DNA from: Felis catus
Lineage: Eukaryota
NCBI RefSeq assembly: GCF_018350175.1
Contig: NC_058383.1
Location: forward strand, 30,134,001-30,198,000
Length of the DNA: 64,000 bases
Reading direction: 5' to 3'
Below, in pieces: positions 35,701-48,400 of the stretch. The notes below the pieces were generated by a model. It saw only the letters and a list, made by a program, of their open reading frames with translations. It was not told the origin of the DNA and made no database searches. Position 1 is the first letter of the stretch. Each line of letters begins with the position of its first letter. The position numbers were made by a program, and so were the translations under genes.

Positions 35701-36087
35701 ATAACCTGCCATGAAATGGGAGAGTATGCCATTTCATCTCTATATATGAATATTCTATATTCATATATGTGTGAATCCTTAGTAGGATAAATATGAATTA
35801 TTATAAAACCAAGATCTACATGATGGCCAAATACAGACCTATCAGCTAGGTCTCCAATCTCATTATTCCCTTCCGTGGTCTTCCCTGAACTCAGTGAGTT
35901 AGGAAAGCTCTGATTCTTCTCTGTGACTCCTACTCAGTGAATTTCTTGGGTGATCTCATTAAAAGCATAATAATTGTAGGGTTTTCCTGTGAATGGAAGA
36001 GTACATACTGGTGATGGAACTGTCCTGTGTCTCCACCAATGAGAAGGTTTAGGAAGCCATGGGCTCTGAGACTAACAGTGAACCAGG

Positions 36088-36303
36088 GGGGTGCCTGGGT
36101 GGCTCAGTTGGTTAAGTGTCTGACTTTGGCTCAGGTCATGATCTCGTGGTTCGTGAGTTGGGAGTCCCACATCGGAATCTGTGCTGACAGCTCAGAGCCT
36201 GGAGCCTGCTTCAGATTCTGTGCCTCCCTCTCTCTCTGCCCCTCTCCCACTTGCACTCTGTCTTTCTCTGTCAAAAATAAATAAACATTAAAAAAATTTT
36301 TTT
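36088..36303 (+). mobile_element. CanSINE
   Basis: Full body and tail. Confidence 0.95.
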
Positions 36304-37714
36304 GGAAGAAAAGGACATGGTCTCCAATGCCCTGGACTCATTTTATCAGGCAAGTACTGCTTTTGTACAATGATAACAATGATTTATTTCATCCAAATGA
36401 TCCTTTCTGTCACTGTTAATCTGCTGTGCTTTTCTGAACATTCTCCTATGGATTAGTATTGATGCTTGGAGTTTCTTGGAGGGAACAAGCAATGTGGCAA
36501 AAGCGTCCTAAGATGTGTACCAATGCTCTTCTCCTATTGATCTAATTAAAGATCATGATGCCTAATATAATTAGTTCAGTCGGCCTTTCTGTCTGGTTAG
36601 TTCTTGCACTTTTAGACATGTAAGCACCAGAGCTAAATTGCTCTGGGCTAATGAATTGCAATTCTGAAGGAAATGGCTTTCAGGATACAAATATGTGTAT
36701 CAACTAGGACATTAATTATAGGATTTCCTTTTTTCCCCCCAAGCAATTGATGCTTATTTTCCTCCTAGACTTTTTTCATCCAGAGGCCAGACACCTAGTG
36801 CCATTTTGTGGAACATGCTTTAAATTCTTGAGTTAATGAACTGTCTAGAGAAGGGGGTGTGTGACTTAATTCTTTAGTTCGGGTGGTATCCAGCATTTTA
36901 TTTTATGGTACAAGAGATAAAAGGGATATATGGGCAAATGTAAAGGTCTTAAGAAAGCCAATGTATATAAAATCTGAATCACATGTCAAGGAAATGACTT
37001 TGTGGAAAGAATGAGATCAGTAAGGTTATCTGGAGGTTTGAAGAGTTGGTGACATCAAGACTAGGGAGTTGTCATCTGAAATCTTCCAGTTTCTCAATTA
37101 AGTATGAAGTAAGGTCATTAGATGGAAGAAGCATGGGTCAATGACAATAATAACAATAGTCATATTATAAATGGTCAACATTCAATCAGTTCATCCCATG
37201 TTCCAGGTATTACTTTAATCGTTTTGCGTTGTATTCTTAGTGTTCACAACGACTTTGTTGAGGCTAGATTGGATCTCGGAAAGCAGGCATGCAAGGTCAG
37301 TAGAAACACATTATGAGATGTAAAACCAGTATCCCAGTGTTATTTTCTGTCTGGTGTTTTTAGTGGCTCAGGTGTAGCACAGAGAATGCAGATGGCTTAC
37401 TGCATCTAGGGTTGGGTTTTGCCAAGCAAAGGTGCTGTGGAGAGAAAATGAGTCAAGGATATTGTGTAAGTGGGCATTTGGAAGCAAGCAGTTGCAAGTG
37501 ATGGGTCATGAGATCAGGATAGAAACGGGAGAGGAAAGTAGTGGTGGGGGACAAATGAATCTGGTGGCATAAATGGCCTGGAGTCATAGAGAAGTGGAGG
37601 AATTATTGTGTAAGAGGTTGTTGTCTTCATGTTGGAAGAATAGGAATTTGCAGTTATGGAGTCAGAAGTTGGCATTGGTGATGTCTGTACGTGAGGCAGT
37701 GTTCGGTGAAAGTT

Positions 37715-37889
37715 CTTTTTTTTTTAAGTTTATTTTGAGAGAGAGAGCGAGAGAGCGAGCACAAGTTGGGGAGGAACAGAGAGAGGGGGAGAAAGAGAAT
37801 CCCACACAGGCTCCATACTGTCGGTGCATAGCCTAGTGTGGGGCTCGAACTCACAAACCGAGATCATGACTGAGCGAGCTGGATGCCCC
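37715..37889 (-). mobile_element. CanSINE with a deletion in the head
   Basis: T tail, GA tract, ggggctcgaactcacaaaccgagatcatgac. Confidence 0.88.
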
Positions 37890-37929
37890 AGTGATAGTGA
37901 GTTCTAAGGCATATCCCTGCAGTGGTAAA

Positions 37930-38235
37930 GAGGAGGTGAAAGAACAGACATGGTCAGATTCGTGTTTGGGAAGGTAAGCAGTATGCAAGGGGCAATCCTG
38001 GAGGTGGGGAGAGGGTTAGAATAGTCTCCTGGAGAGGGAGAGGTCATGACAGCTTGGCTAGCATGGTGGCAGTTGGGGGTGCCAGTGAGGAAGTGGGTGG
38101 ACTGTGGAGATACTTAGCAGATGGAAGGGTGGATGAACAGTGTGGGTTTGACTGAGTGGGGAGTCAGGGAAAGGGAGGAAGCAAAGTGATGCCCAGATTC
38201 TAAGTCCTGGTTTTGACAACTGGGTGCAAGTTGAT
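37930..38235 (-). mobile_element. L2 fragment
   Basis: gacatggtcagattcgtgtttgggaag...gtgatgcccagattctaag...caactgggtg. Confidence 0.6.
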
Positions 38236-38971
38236 TGGGTTCAATCATAAAAATGAATGAATGAATGAATGACTGGGAACGAGAAAAACAATGAATCCAG
38301 AGTAAACACTAGGGCTGGAGATACTTTAAAAAAGTTTCAGATAAGCCAAGATTTTTCTTACATAATTACAGGACCCTTAGATGTGGCTTTCAATGCTGCA
38401 TCTAGTGGAAGGAAAGGTTTCCATGTGCCTTAGTTACTAACGAACTCAAATAGCCTCAGTGGGAAGAGAGAGTGTGGAAAATGGGAAGGTGAATGCAGAG
38501 GGTGGAGAAGCATTACAAGGGCTGAGGTCAGGCCCAGAAGAACTAGAAATAACTGAAGTAGTGCTTCCCGGTCCAGCTGGGTAGTCTGCTGAGCCTGAGG
38601 ATGAATAACAAGCTGGTAAAATCTACAAACATCTTTCGTGTTTGCTGGAACTGCGGCCACCTTTGTTATCTGTGCTGTGTGTCCCCATGTTGGATCATTT
38701 GGAAGAAGAAAACCATCAGGATTTTCTCAGTTCCATCTCCTTACAGCAGCCTGAAGCGTCTCATTGGGTTGCAGATAAGAGAACCCCACTCACAGGATAG
38801 GAAGCAAAGCATAAGAATGCAATGGAATCATGGTGAATGCCTTTGATCCTAAAGAAAATATGAGGGAGCAGGCTTCAAGAAGGGTGGGGGTGGGGACCAG
38901 GACAACTCTTGAATCCCCGATACCTTCACTCTGCAGCTTGGCCTATCCTAGTACTAATTCATCCTCCCTGT

Positions 38972-39420
38972 GGGTATTTACTGAGCATCTATTATGGACC
39001 AGGCATTGTGCCAGATGCTGGGGATACAAAACTGAGCAAAAGGAAAGACGACCTCACCCTGATAGAGCCTGGAGTCAGATAGGAGATGTGGTCATTAGTC
39101 AAATGATCATACGCGCAGATGAATAGTCACAGCTGTGATTAGCATTAGGATGGAAAGACATACAGTGCGAGGAAAGCCAACAGGGGGCAAGTTTGACCCA
39201 ACCAGAGAGGGGAGAGAAGATTTCCCCGAGAAAGTAATCATGGAAATGGCATTGGAAAGAGGAGGAGAAGGGTAGGGTGACGGGTATTCCAGGTGGAGGG
39301 AACAGCATGTGCAAAGGTCTCACAGCCAAAGGCAGCATTGGGAGTCCAAGGGGCAGCGAAGGCCAGCGGGGCTATAGCACTAAAAAGAAATGTGATATAG
39401 TGTGAGATGAGGCCCTACAG
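38972..39420 (-). mobile_element. L2 3' region
   Basis: tatttactgagcatctattatggaccaggcattgtgccagatgctggggataca...attccaggtggagggaacagcatgtgcaaagg. Confidence 0.85.
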
Positions 39421-39444
39421 ATCCACAGTATGTAACTAAACACG

Positions 39445-39745
39445 TTAGACTAAACTCGTTCTTATTCCAAGAACAACAGGGAACCATATATATGTTTGAA
39501 GCAGGAGAGGGCAATTGCCTTTCGAAAGGATCAGTCTGTCTTAATTATGGTGAAGGATTTGAGGGAACTCAGCTTCCAAGTCCCAGCTCCTCAGAGAGTG
39601 GATCTGATTGGCTCACCTGGAATCAGGTGCCCAGCCCTGGTCCAATCATTATCAGGAGGTGGGGGTCATGTGTCAGGAAGCTGGCTGCTGAGGGCCCACC
39701 TGAGGGAAGTCTTCCCCAAAGATGAACTGGACAGAATCCCCCAAA
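39445..39745 (-). mobile_element. Old MaLR LTR relic
   Basis: gatctgattggctcacctggaatcaggtgcccagccctggtccaatca motif. Confidence 0.45.
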
Positions 39746-40229
39746 TGACTACTGGATCAATTCACATGGCACAATCATTTTCCATGATAAGAAAACCCAA
39801 AGACTGTCACTGTCCCTTAAACGTTCCCAATGTCGTTCAGAGGAGGCAGTATCTGGGGAGTGAAGAGGGCAAAGGATTTTGGGGAAGACACTTGGCCAAA
39901 TCATTTGTGTGTCTGTGGACAGATGGCTTAATCAACCCAACTCCCTCCTCTGTAAAACGGGAGATCATGACAACAGCCTCTGTGTCCCAGGCTGATACAC
40001 CGCAGTCTCACTGTAATGCCATTGTAACCCCACAGGGTAGAAATTATCATCCCCATTTTATAAATTAGAAATGAAAGTTGAACATATTTTAAACCGGGAA
40101 TAACTTCAAAGTCTACCAACCCTTCATCATTTTCCTCCTCAAATCTCATAACCCTCTACATTAAATGAGTCATTATTATCATTATGATTCTTAATAGAAA
40201 TAATAGCAGTGTTCAATTAATAACACAAT

Positions 40230-40460
40230 TACTGCTGATAGCTAAGACATACAGTACACTATTTGCCAGGCACTGTTCTAAACACTCTCCATGTATTTAT
40301 TCATTTAACCCCTGCAAGAACCTATACGGAAATATTATTTAGCGCCTCCACTTAACAGGTCACTGACGCACTGACAAATTAAGTAATTTGAACAATTTAC
40401 ATAAGTAGCAGAGTCATAACTTGAACCACAGTAGACTGGCCTCAGCATCCAGGCTCTTTA
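40230..40460 (-). mobile_element. MIR
   Basis: tgccaggcactgttctaaacact...atttattcatttaacccctgcaagaacccta. Confidence 0.8.
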
Positions 40461-40469
40461 CATGTTTGC

Positions 40470-40590
40470 ACTCTCTCTCTCTTTCTCTCTCTCTCATACA
40501 TATATATGTATGTATGTAGATAGATAGATACACATCTATCTATATCTATACATCTATACCATTCTCACTGTGTGTCTCTCTCAACACCAC

Positions 40591-40645
<55 letters not shown>

Positions 40646-40651
40646 ACACAC
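40470..40651. repeat. Compound microsatellite: (CT)n, (TA/TG)n, (GATA)n/(TATC)n, (CA)n
   Basis: Read directly; long (CA)n at about 40594-40651. Confidence 0.95.
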
Positions 40652-40769
40652 AAACACCACAAAGGGGAAAAAAACAAAACCCATGACTACCACTCACAAA
40701 TTTTTATCTGAACCCATTTTCAAAAGGAAGCACAAAGGCCCATACACTTGCTGTCACAACTTGCTATTC

Positions 40770-40900
40770 CTACTACTGACTCCATTTTACTGATAAGGAA
40801 ACTGAGACTCAGAGGCATGTATTACTTATTAGAGATAACACAGATTGTAACCAGAAGAGTCAGCATTCCAGTCCAGGTCTGGTTGACCCCAAAGCCCTAT
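40770..40900 (-). mobile_element. MIR core
   Basis: ccattttactgataaggaaactgagactcagagg. Confidence 0.75.
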
Positions 40901-41693
40901 TGATATTAGGACATGAAAACAGCTTCCTATCATCCGGTTCCATCTCAGCCCTTCTTGAGTGAACTTTGGGACCCTTGTGAAAAAAATAAAATAGAAGTTC
41001 GATATGGTAAAAAGTGCCCATTAGGTATTAAGCCATGCCAGCTCCCACTCGGAGACACCCACATGCCAGGCTGTGTCCTTATTTCAAAAAAAACAAAAAA
41101 CAAAAACCAGTCACAACATGGAACTGATATCCTATGTATTTTCTGCTTCTGTTATAATCTCTGGCATGGAAATGAGTTATTTAGATTGTTGGTAGCTGAC
41201 AGTCTCCATAAATTGCAAGAGGAGCCTCAACAGGGTGACGGGTGATGCTATTTTGTACTGTGTCATACTACAGCTCTCTCTCTGGTTCTAATCTCTCCCT
41301 GCAATTCCATGCACCAAGCGGCCATGAATTATACATGTACTTTCTGAAGTCTGATGAAAGTTTTCCCACCTATTAAATTGCCAGTCCCAAATCTAACACA
41401 AATAGAATCCAAACACGCTTAGGAAAATATAGCGCCATTTGTTCTTCTATGATCGTGCCTTTTGCTTTCTTGTACCATGTACTCAAAGTGCCAAGAGCTT
41501 CTGCCTACTGTATATTCACCTGGGGGTTACAAACCAGTCAAATGAGTCTGCACCGTGCTCCGAAAGGTTAGGAATCCAGAAAACATAGGCTTCCTCATTC
41601 CACCCCATCATCCAGGAGGAAACCCCTCCACTGCCCTGGAAGCAACTAGCAGGAAAAAAAAATTGTAGGAAAGAAGTCAAAATCCCAAATAAA

Positions 41694-41815
41694 GGGGTGC
41701 CTGGGTGGCTCAGTTGGTTAACTGGCCGACCCTTGATCTCAGTTCAGGTCTTGTTCTCAGGGTCGCAAGTTCGAGCCCTGTGTTGTGCTGCACTCCGGGG
41801 ATGGGGCCTACTTAA
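41694..41815 (+). mobile_element. Short old-type CanSINE (no CT tract)
   Basis: ggggtgcctgggtggctcagttggttaa...agttcgagccctg...gcctacttaaaa; flanked by aaaatcccaa. Confidence 0.85.
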
Positions 41816-42089
41816 AAATTTTTTTTTGTTTTAATCTCAAAAATCCCAAGACAGAGAAAGCTGGGCCACTTCCCAAAATGTTCACTGGCTTACTCTTGCC
41901 TGTGGGTGAAGAAATGAACTTTTTAGGAAAGTGTCCTAGGTAATTTGTGATACACCTTCTTTCTATCTTGGCAACTTGCTCTGGCCCCAACACAGTCTCT
42001 TTCTAGCCATTTTGAACAATGACAGATCCTTGGTATGTTCATATTAAAAAATCTTGTTATGAATTATGAGTGACCCCGAGGTCCTTTCA

Positions 42090-42365
42090 TTGATTAGGAT
42101 TTTTTCTTCAGTTGCATGTAAAATAATCTTAACTCAAACTGACTTAAGCCAAAGGAAGAAATGATTAGGCTATACAGTTGATAAGTTCAGGGATACAGGA
42201 AATTGCAGGTGTGGCTAGATCCAGGTGTTCAAATGACATCACCAGGACCTAGAGCCTCACCATCTCTCAGCTCTGTTTCCCTCTGTGTTAGTGTCATTTT
42301 AGATATGCTCCCTCCCTTAGTTGGCCAAAAGTGCTTGGCTCACATCCAGGCCAAAACAAAGATCA
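42090..42365 (-). mobile_element. MaLR MLT1K/L-like LTR
   Basis: aactcaaactgacttaagccaaagg...gtggctagatccaggtgttcaaatgacatcaccagg...catctctcagctctg. Confidence 0.6.
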
Positions 42366-43957
42366 TGCTTATTTAAAAAAAATAATAATAGTAGTAGAAA
42401 AGCTTCAAGTACTTACTGAAGATGTGAGTCAAGAAAAAAATCAGAGTAGTACCCATGAAATAGTGCCATGAGAGTATCTCTGGAAAACTCCGATGACCGG
42501 TCAATACCGAGCCTTCCTTGGCATATGGTAGCCAAGGGCCGGCTGCTTAGAGGTGTTCCCTTGAAGCAGGGCATGTGCTGTCCAGGTTATTACCATCCCT
42601 CCCTCAAACTCTGGAGTCTCCCAAATTTCTAGGGCCAGACATCAGTTGTCGTCTATCACCATGCTTCCATTGTTGTTTTGGTTTTAGAAGCGAATTCTTT
42701 CTTTATGGCCACATCTTGAAGAAAAGTGGGTCAAGTACTGGACACTGAGAAAGCCATGTGAATTTTCTTACACCTGTTTCACTAAAGTTACGTACGTTGC
42801 CTACCTGGCATCCGAGGGTATGGTAGCTTGTGCTTCCATGGGAGAGTAGTCTTACTTTGATGGAGTGGTGGATGGGAGAGATTCCTGGGCTTAGATGACC
42901 AGGATCCAGGGGTGGACAAAACAATGCAGACAGAATGAGAGCACTGACAAACATTCATCTGCAATTTGAACATTCCACCTCACCCCAACCTGAATGCCTG
43001 CCCAACATTTGGTCCACAGCTGAACTGACAGCCTTTGGTGATTGCCCCAGGGCACATACATGGGAAATGCATTTCTTGTCTTCCAAGCTGGTCATCCTCT
43101 TGGGATGGAAAGCAAGTAATCGCCAACTATTTTAAGAAATCAGTGCCATAGGTTGCTACATGCTTTCAACAAAGGAACTTCCTTTCTAGGATCAGAATGA
43201 TCCACCGGGTGCTTTTTGCCTGGGACTGCCACAAACAAACAAACAAAACCCCCAAACACCACCCATATATTTACGTTTTGGGTAAATCCTGGTATGCCTA
43301 AACAAGGACTCAGATTCATAATAAGAACCACAAAATGTGCATTTATTACATTATTGCTTATTTCCTTGGAGTCCTTCATGATTTAGGATCTTCACTGATT
43401 CTTTATTTGACACAGAGGCCATGTTGTTAACTCCTTTTAACATAAGGAAGTATGAGTATTATTCCTCCACTTCTGAGTTGGAGAACGTTGATTCTGGAAA
43501 GTTGGGTAGCATTGCTGAATGCACCTAGGCAAGTGTGAGCAGGGGAAAGAGCCTTTCCACAACTCCTGGAAAGGGGAAAACCAAGAGAATTCTGACCTGA
43601 TGAGAATCCACACTGGAACCCCTCCCTTCAGTATTTAACTATAATTAGTGAGAACCACCCATATGGCAACTTTTCTCAGGCCAGATGGGTGATTGTCGGG
43701 CAGCACATGATCTTTGCTTCACTTTGAAGGAGACATGAGTAATCCTGGGGATATTAATCCAACAAGGGCTATATTTATCTTCACTTGTTTGGTTATTAAC
43801 ACATCTCTATTTCTTCTCTAGGCATCAGGGGGTATAGGGCACAAGCACCAAGATAGTCCTTCCCAGAGCCCAAGGAAATAGGGGCCTCCATTCTGCAGTT
43901 CCTATTTGACTACACAGACCCATGTTCTAATGGCCTCAGGCTCCCTCAAAGGAGCAC

Positions 43958-44011
43958 GGGAACCCTGTAGGATATTCTTGTCTTGGGAACTCTGTAGGAT
44001 ATCCTTGCCTT
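43958..44011. repeat. 27-bp tandem duplication
   Basis: gggaaccctgtaggatattcttgtctt / gggaactctgtaggatatccttgcctt. Confidence 0.92.
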
Positions 44012-44750
44012 AGAATTTGTCCAGGCACTATAACAGAGGAGGAGACCAGGGCTCAGAGAGGGTGTGTGGCTGGTAAGTTAAAGTTGGAGTTGGAGGGAAA
44101 GTCACATGACTTCTGTTTTTTTGCGGGGGTGACATCCTATTTTGCACCTGGGGGGGGGGGCAAACGATAAAAAATTATGTGGTTTCCCTATTTTAAGGGA
44201 CTACAGTCACCTTTAAAAGGAGCCAGAGGGTGAGTATTGCCAGCATATATATGGTGGAAGTTGAGCCAGAAAAACTATCATGATTCAAGGCTGTTCTGCA
44301 ACCAACCTACTCCATCCATCCCCCTTTTAGTCCATTAGTCCATCAGTCTCCCTAATGAAAGCTCTGCATTTCATCTCTCAACTCCAGACACGATTGTGTT
44401 GCACTGGTTCTCATTCACCAAGGACTGCACCCTCCAGGGACAGAGACACCACCAACCTGTTACTCTGGGTTGCCTCTGACCTTGGCACAGAGTTGCAATA
44501 AACACCTTCAGCCTCTCCTTTCAAGTGTTGTCTTTGGTATCTTTTACCTCCTTTTCCGGTCTTTTTCCAGTCTGCATATCGATTAGATCCGACCTTGAAG
44601 ATCCTTGATTATCAAGTAAAATTTTTGGCCAACATGACCTGGCAAAGTTTATAGTATCTTTATTATTTCTTCTCATTATTCTTGTTGTTATCATTGTGTA
44701 TTTTATTAGCGGTCTGGAAAGCTTTCAAGATCAAAAAGTATGAACATCAG

Positions 44751-44970
44751 GGGCGCCTGGGTGGCTCAGTCGGTTGAGTGTCCGACTTCGGCTCAGGTCA
44801 TGATCTCACAGTTTGTGAGTCCAGGCTCCACGTGGGGCTCTGTGCTGACAGCTCAGAGCCTGGAGCCTGCTTCGGATTCTGTGTCTCCCTCTCTCTCTGA
44901 CCCTCCCCTGCTCATGCTCTGTCTCTCTCTGTCTCAAAAATAAACAGAAACATTAAAAAAAAGTTTTTTT
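44751..44970 (+). mobile_element. CanSINE
   Basis: Near-consensus body; perfect TSD aagtatgaacatcag at 44736-44750 and 44971-44985. Confidence 0.97.
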
Positions 44971-45004
44971 AAGTATGAACATCAGCTATGATATGAAAGA
45001 AAAA

Positions 45005-45185
45005 GACTTGAATGCAGGTGGCATACTTTGGATAAGTTACTTAATCTCTCTGGATCTGTGTCTTCATCTGTAAACTGAGAACATTACTTCTAGCCTGATA
45101 TAGTTGTTGCAAGTGTTGAATGACAAAATGTCCATGGAAGTGTCTCGAGAGTCCCCGACACCTAATACTTGCTCAGTATTTATGT
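45005..45185 (+). mobile_element. MIR
   Basis: ttggataagttacttaatctctctgga...cttcatctgtaaactgag. Confidence 0.75.
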
Positions 45186-46430
45186 CCTGGCCCTGTGTAA
45201 TTCCGTAGGCATCACCACTGAGCTGTCTAGCTGGGACCTCCAAAACTTAAGCACCCATCTCCTTCTTTTTCCTGAAGTCTTTGCCCTGAGTCCTTTCTTT
45301 CTCCAGACGTAATTTCTCTGATGTAATTACCTGTGAGCCTGATTCATCACCTGCTTATGTATTTTCCCATTTCTAATTTCAACAAGCCCTTCACACCCAA
45401 AGCCCTACCCTTCCTCCTACTATGACCATCACATTTTGTGGATGGGTAACTTGTTTCATCTTTGCCCCATGAAAGAGACATAAATCAGTTAGTGTCTTCT
45501 CTCTTTTTCAGGAGCTAGAGAGAACAAGTATCTTTCAAACCAAAGGCTGGCTGTAATTAGGGGATAGTGGCTGAGTTGTTAAGGTTCTAGATATATGGAT
45601 AGGTTCCCTCCTTCGTGGGAAGGAGGTCCACTAGTGATTAGCAGTGTGTGCCTGGGCACAAAGTGGAGAGTGACAGCCCATATTCCACCTCTACTCTACA
45701 CCGGTGATACTGATTCGTTCCCCAAGTCTTCCCAGAATTGTTGCCCCATTATGCTGCTGGTCAGGATGCAGGTGAGGTCATGAAGAAGTACAAGATCTGT
45801 AAGCTTCCACCGCCACTTGATAACCCACTCAAATGTCTTCCCTTCTGGTTCATCAGAAGCTCCATCTTCAAAGGCAAAACTGCATGTTTTATCATTCCCT
45901 CTTTATTGCATAGGGAAAACAGACCCACAGAACCATACTTCCTGGGTAGTTGAGATAATTAGGCCATTAGGTTCTCTCTCCATCTTCTTCAAAAGTTTTT
46001 AATGAGCTATGCAATTAGGAAAAAAAAAACAACTCTGGGGAAACAAGGTATGACTGTGTCAGTCTTTAGGACACAGCAGCAACTGCATTATCAGTAATTA
46101 CCCTTTAAGGAGTGCACACCACTGTATACCTACCTCTGTGGTAGACACAATGCTTATGGCTTCTCATTTAACTTGATGACAGTCCTACAAGGCCAGTAGT
46201 GTTAGATTTCATTTTGCAGGTGGGAAACTGGTCCACATTCACAGTGCAGGTGAATAGCAAGCTGGGTTTTACCTTGGATGCTGCCTGGGTCCAAAATCTA
46301 AGGTCTTTCAAAAGATCATGTTTCCGGGTGAGGGTCTATATGTCCTTATCTATAGGTCAGCCCTCCTGATCTAAAGATGCCCTTTCCTTATTTGCTTTTT
46401 AATTAGCATTTGAGGTGGAGACTTCTGTGA

Positions 46431-46474
46431 GTGTGTGTGTGTGTGCGCGCGCGCACGTGTGTGTGTGTGTGTAT
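46431..46474. repeat. (GT)n(GC)n(GT)n microsatellite
   Basis: Read directly. Confidence 0.95.
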
Positions 46475-46635
46475 TTCTGCAAGTGTCTTGTCTTTCTGCA
46501 ATAGATTAGATTAGAAGATTTGGGCTCAAAAGGCCAGACTATGAAGCGTGCATCAGCGAGGTCATGGGGAAAGTCTGAGTTGGCTCTTACCCCCAAGCCA
46601 TAGATCCCTAGATGAGCCCATCTCCAAACCCCTAG

Positions 46636-47047
46636 TGTATTGGTTTCCTAGTGCTTCCATAACAGAGTAGCCCAAAATGGGTGGCTTAAAACAACACAGA
46701 TTTATATCTCACAGTTCTGGAGCCCAGAAGGTCTGAACTTAAGGTGCCACCAGGGCCCTTGTCCCTTGAAGACACAGGGAAGGAAGTGTTTCATGACCCT
46801 CTCCTCTAGTCCCGTGGCTTTCTTCTCCCATGGTGTCTTCACATCATCTGCCTTCTGTGTATGACTGTTTCTGTGTCCAAATTTCCAGTCATCAGTCATA
46901 ATGGATTAGGGCCCACCTTAATGACTGACTGCATCTTAATTACTTCTGTAAAGTCCCTGTCTCTAAGGTCATATTCTGAGGTCCTGGGGTTAGGACTTTA
47001 ATATTTGTTTGTTTATTGGTGGGGTGAGACACAACTTACCCATGACT
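46636..47047 (-). mobile_element. MaLR MLT1B/C-like solo LTR
   Basis: tgtattggtttcctag...gggtggcttaaaacaacacagatttatatctcacagttctggag...ggattagggcccacc...aggtcatattctgagg. Confidence 0.82.
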
Positions 47048-48158
47048 CCTGGCTTTTCTCTGTGGGAATCAGAATCTAGGAATTAGCTTTGCATATGCAA
47101 AGGACCAAAAGATGAGTTAGGAAGCATGAAAAGTTACCAGAACCAAAGGTGGGATTCACATAGCCTCTTAAAAGACTGAAGTGCACTATCCTGCTTTAGG
47201 AGGGGAAGGTGGGCAACATTTTCTGAGCACCTACTCAGTGTCTGACTCCCTGTAAAGACTTTACTATCATTACCCTATTTAGCTCAGTTAGTAATGGGCA
47301 AAGGAGTTTGTTGATCAGTTCACTGATCCTTCACAAAAACCTAGGGGGCAGGGACTCCTATTGTCTTCATTTTACAGAGGAAAAGAGTGACATCCAGGGA
47401 AGGGAAAATGCCTCAGCCAGCAGGACTAGAATTCCAAATTAGGAGCAGTGAGATTTTTCATCCCACAGTTGGCCATATGTATCCATGAGGATTGGCTGGT
47501 GACCAACACTGGCTCAGACCTCAGACAATTGGGCCAATGACCACCAAGAAACAGATTATTCCCCTTAGGGGTGGTGGAAACATGAAAGACCCAGGAAAGA
47601 GGAGACCAAACACCAAGCTCATAGGCTGGTGATGAATGTCTATTCCCAATGAGGAGAAAACAAGAATTGAGTCTTGATTCTTGACATTGAACTTTGACAT
47701 TAAACTTTGAAACTTGTCCTCAAAGTCTAAAAATTGCCAAACCTCAGTTTCCTTATCTGAAAACTGGGGACATGAACATGGCTGGGAAAATCAAATGGAA
47801 TAAGATATGAAGGAAAACATGATGAAAATGTTGATCTTCTTAGTTCCCGTGGTTGTATTTAGAGCAGAGACAGCTTAGAGCTAGATGAGGTGGATATTTC
47901 CTAAGAGACAGGGACTTTGTTATCCTTTTTAACAAGGTTGCAGAGTTTTAACAAGGAAGCATATAAAGCATGAATTATGTCAGCAAGTAGAGGCAATGGA
48001 GAATGCCTCTACCCCACATTTTTTTGCTGCAAAGCAGTGGATGGTTACCTTAAGGCAAAGTAGTTTAAGTACCAGATATTCACAGAATGATTTCCTTCTG
48101 TTCCTATTTTAGGACATCCCCGCTGATCTCCCCCATCCATCTCTCCCAAATCTTTTAC

Positions 48159-48175
48159 TTTTTTTTAATGTTGGT

Positions 48176-48218
<43 letters not shown>

Positions 48219-48400
48219 TTGAGACAAAGAGTGCAAGCAGGGAAGGGGAAGAGAGAGACAGGGAGACACAGAAGCTCAGGCAGGCTCCAGGCTCTGAGCT
48301 GTCAGCACAGAGTCCAATGCAGGGCTGTAACTCACAAACCATGAGATGATGACCTGAGCCAAAGTCAGATGCTTAACTGACTGAGCCACCCAGGAGCCCC
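48159..48400 (-). mobile_element. CanSINE with (TTTA)n tail expansion
   Basis: Full body; flanks tctcccaaatctttta / tctaccaaagctttta. Confidence 0.94.

Noticed and set aside
39496..40068. 190-aa ORF
   Set aside because: Non-ATG start, overlaps an LTR relic and a MIR, no recognisable domain or exon structure.
44751..44830. tRNA-like A/B boxes
   Set aside because: These are the tRNA-derived SINE head, not a tRNA gene.
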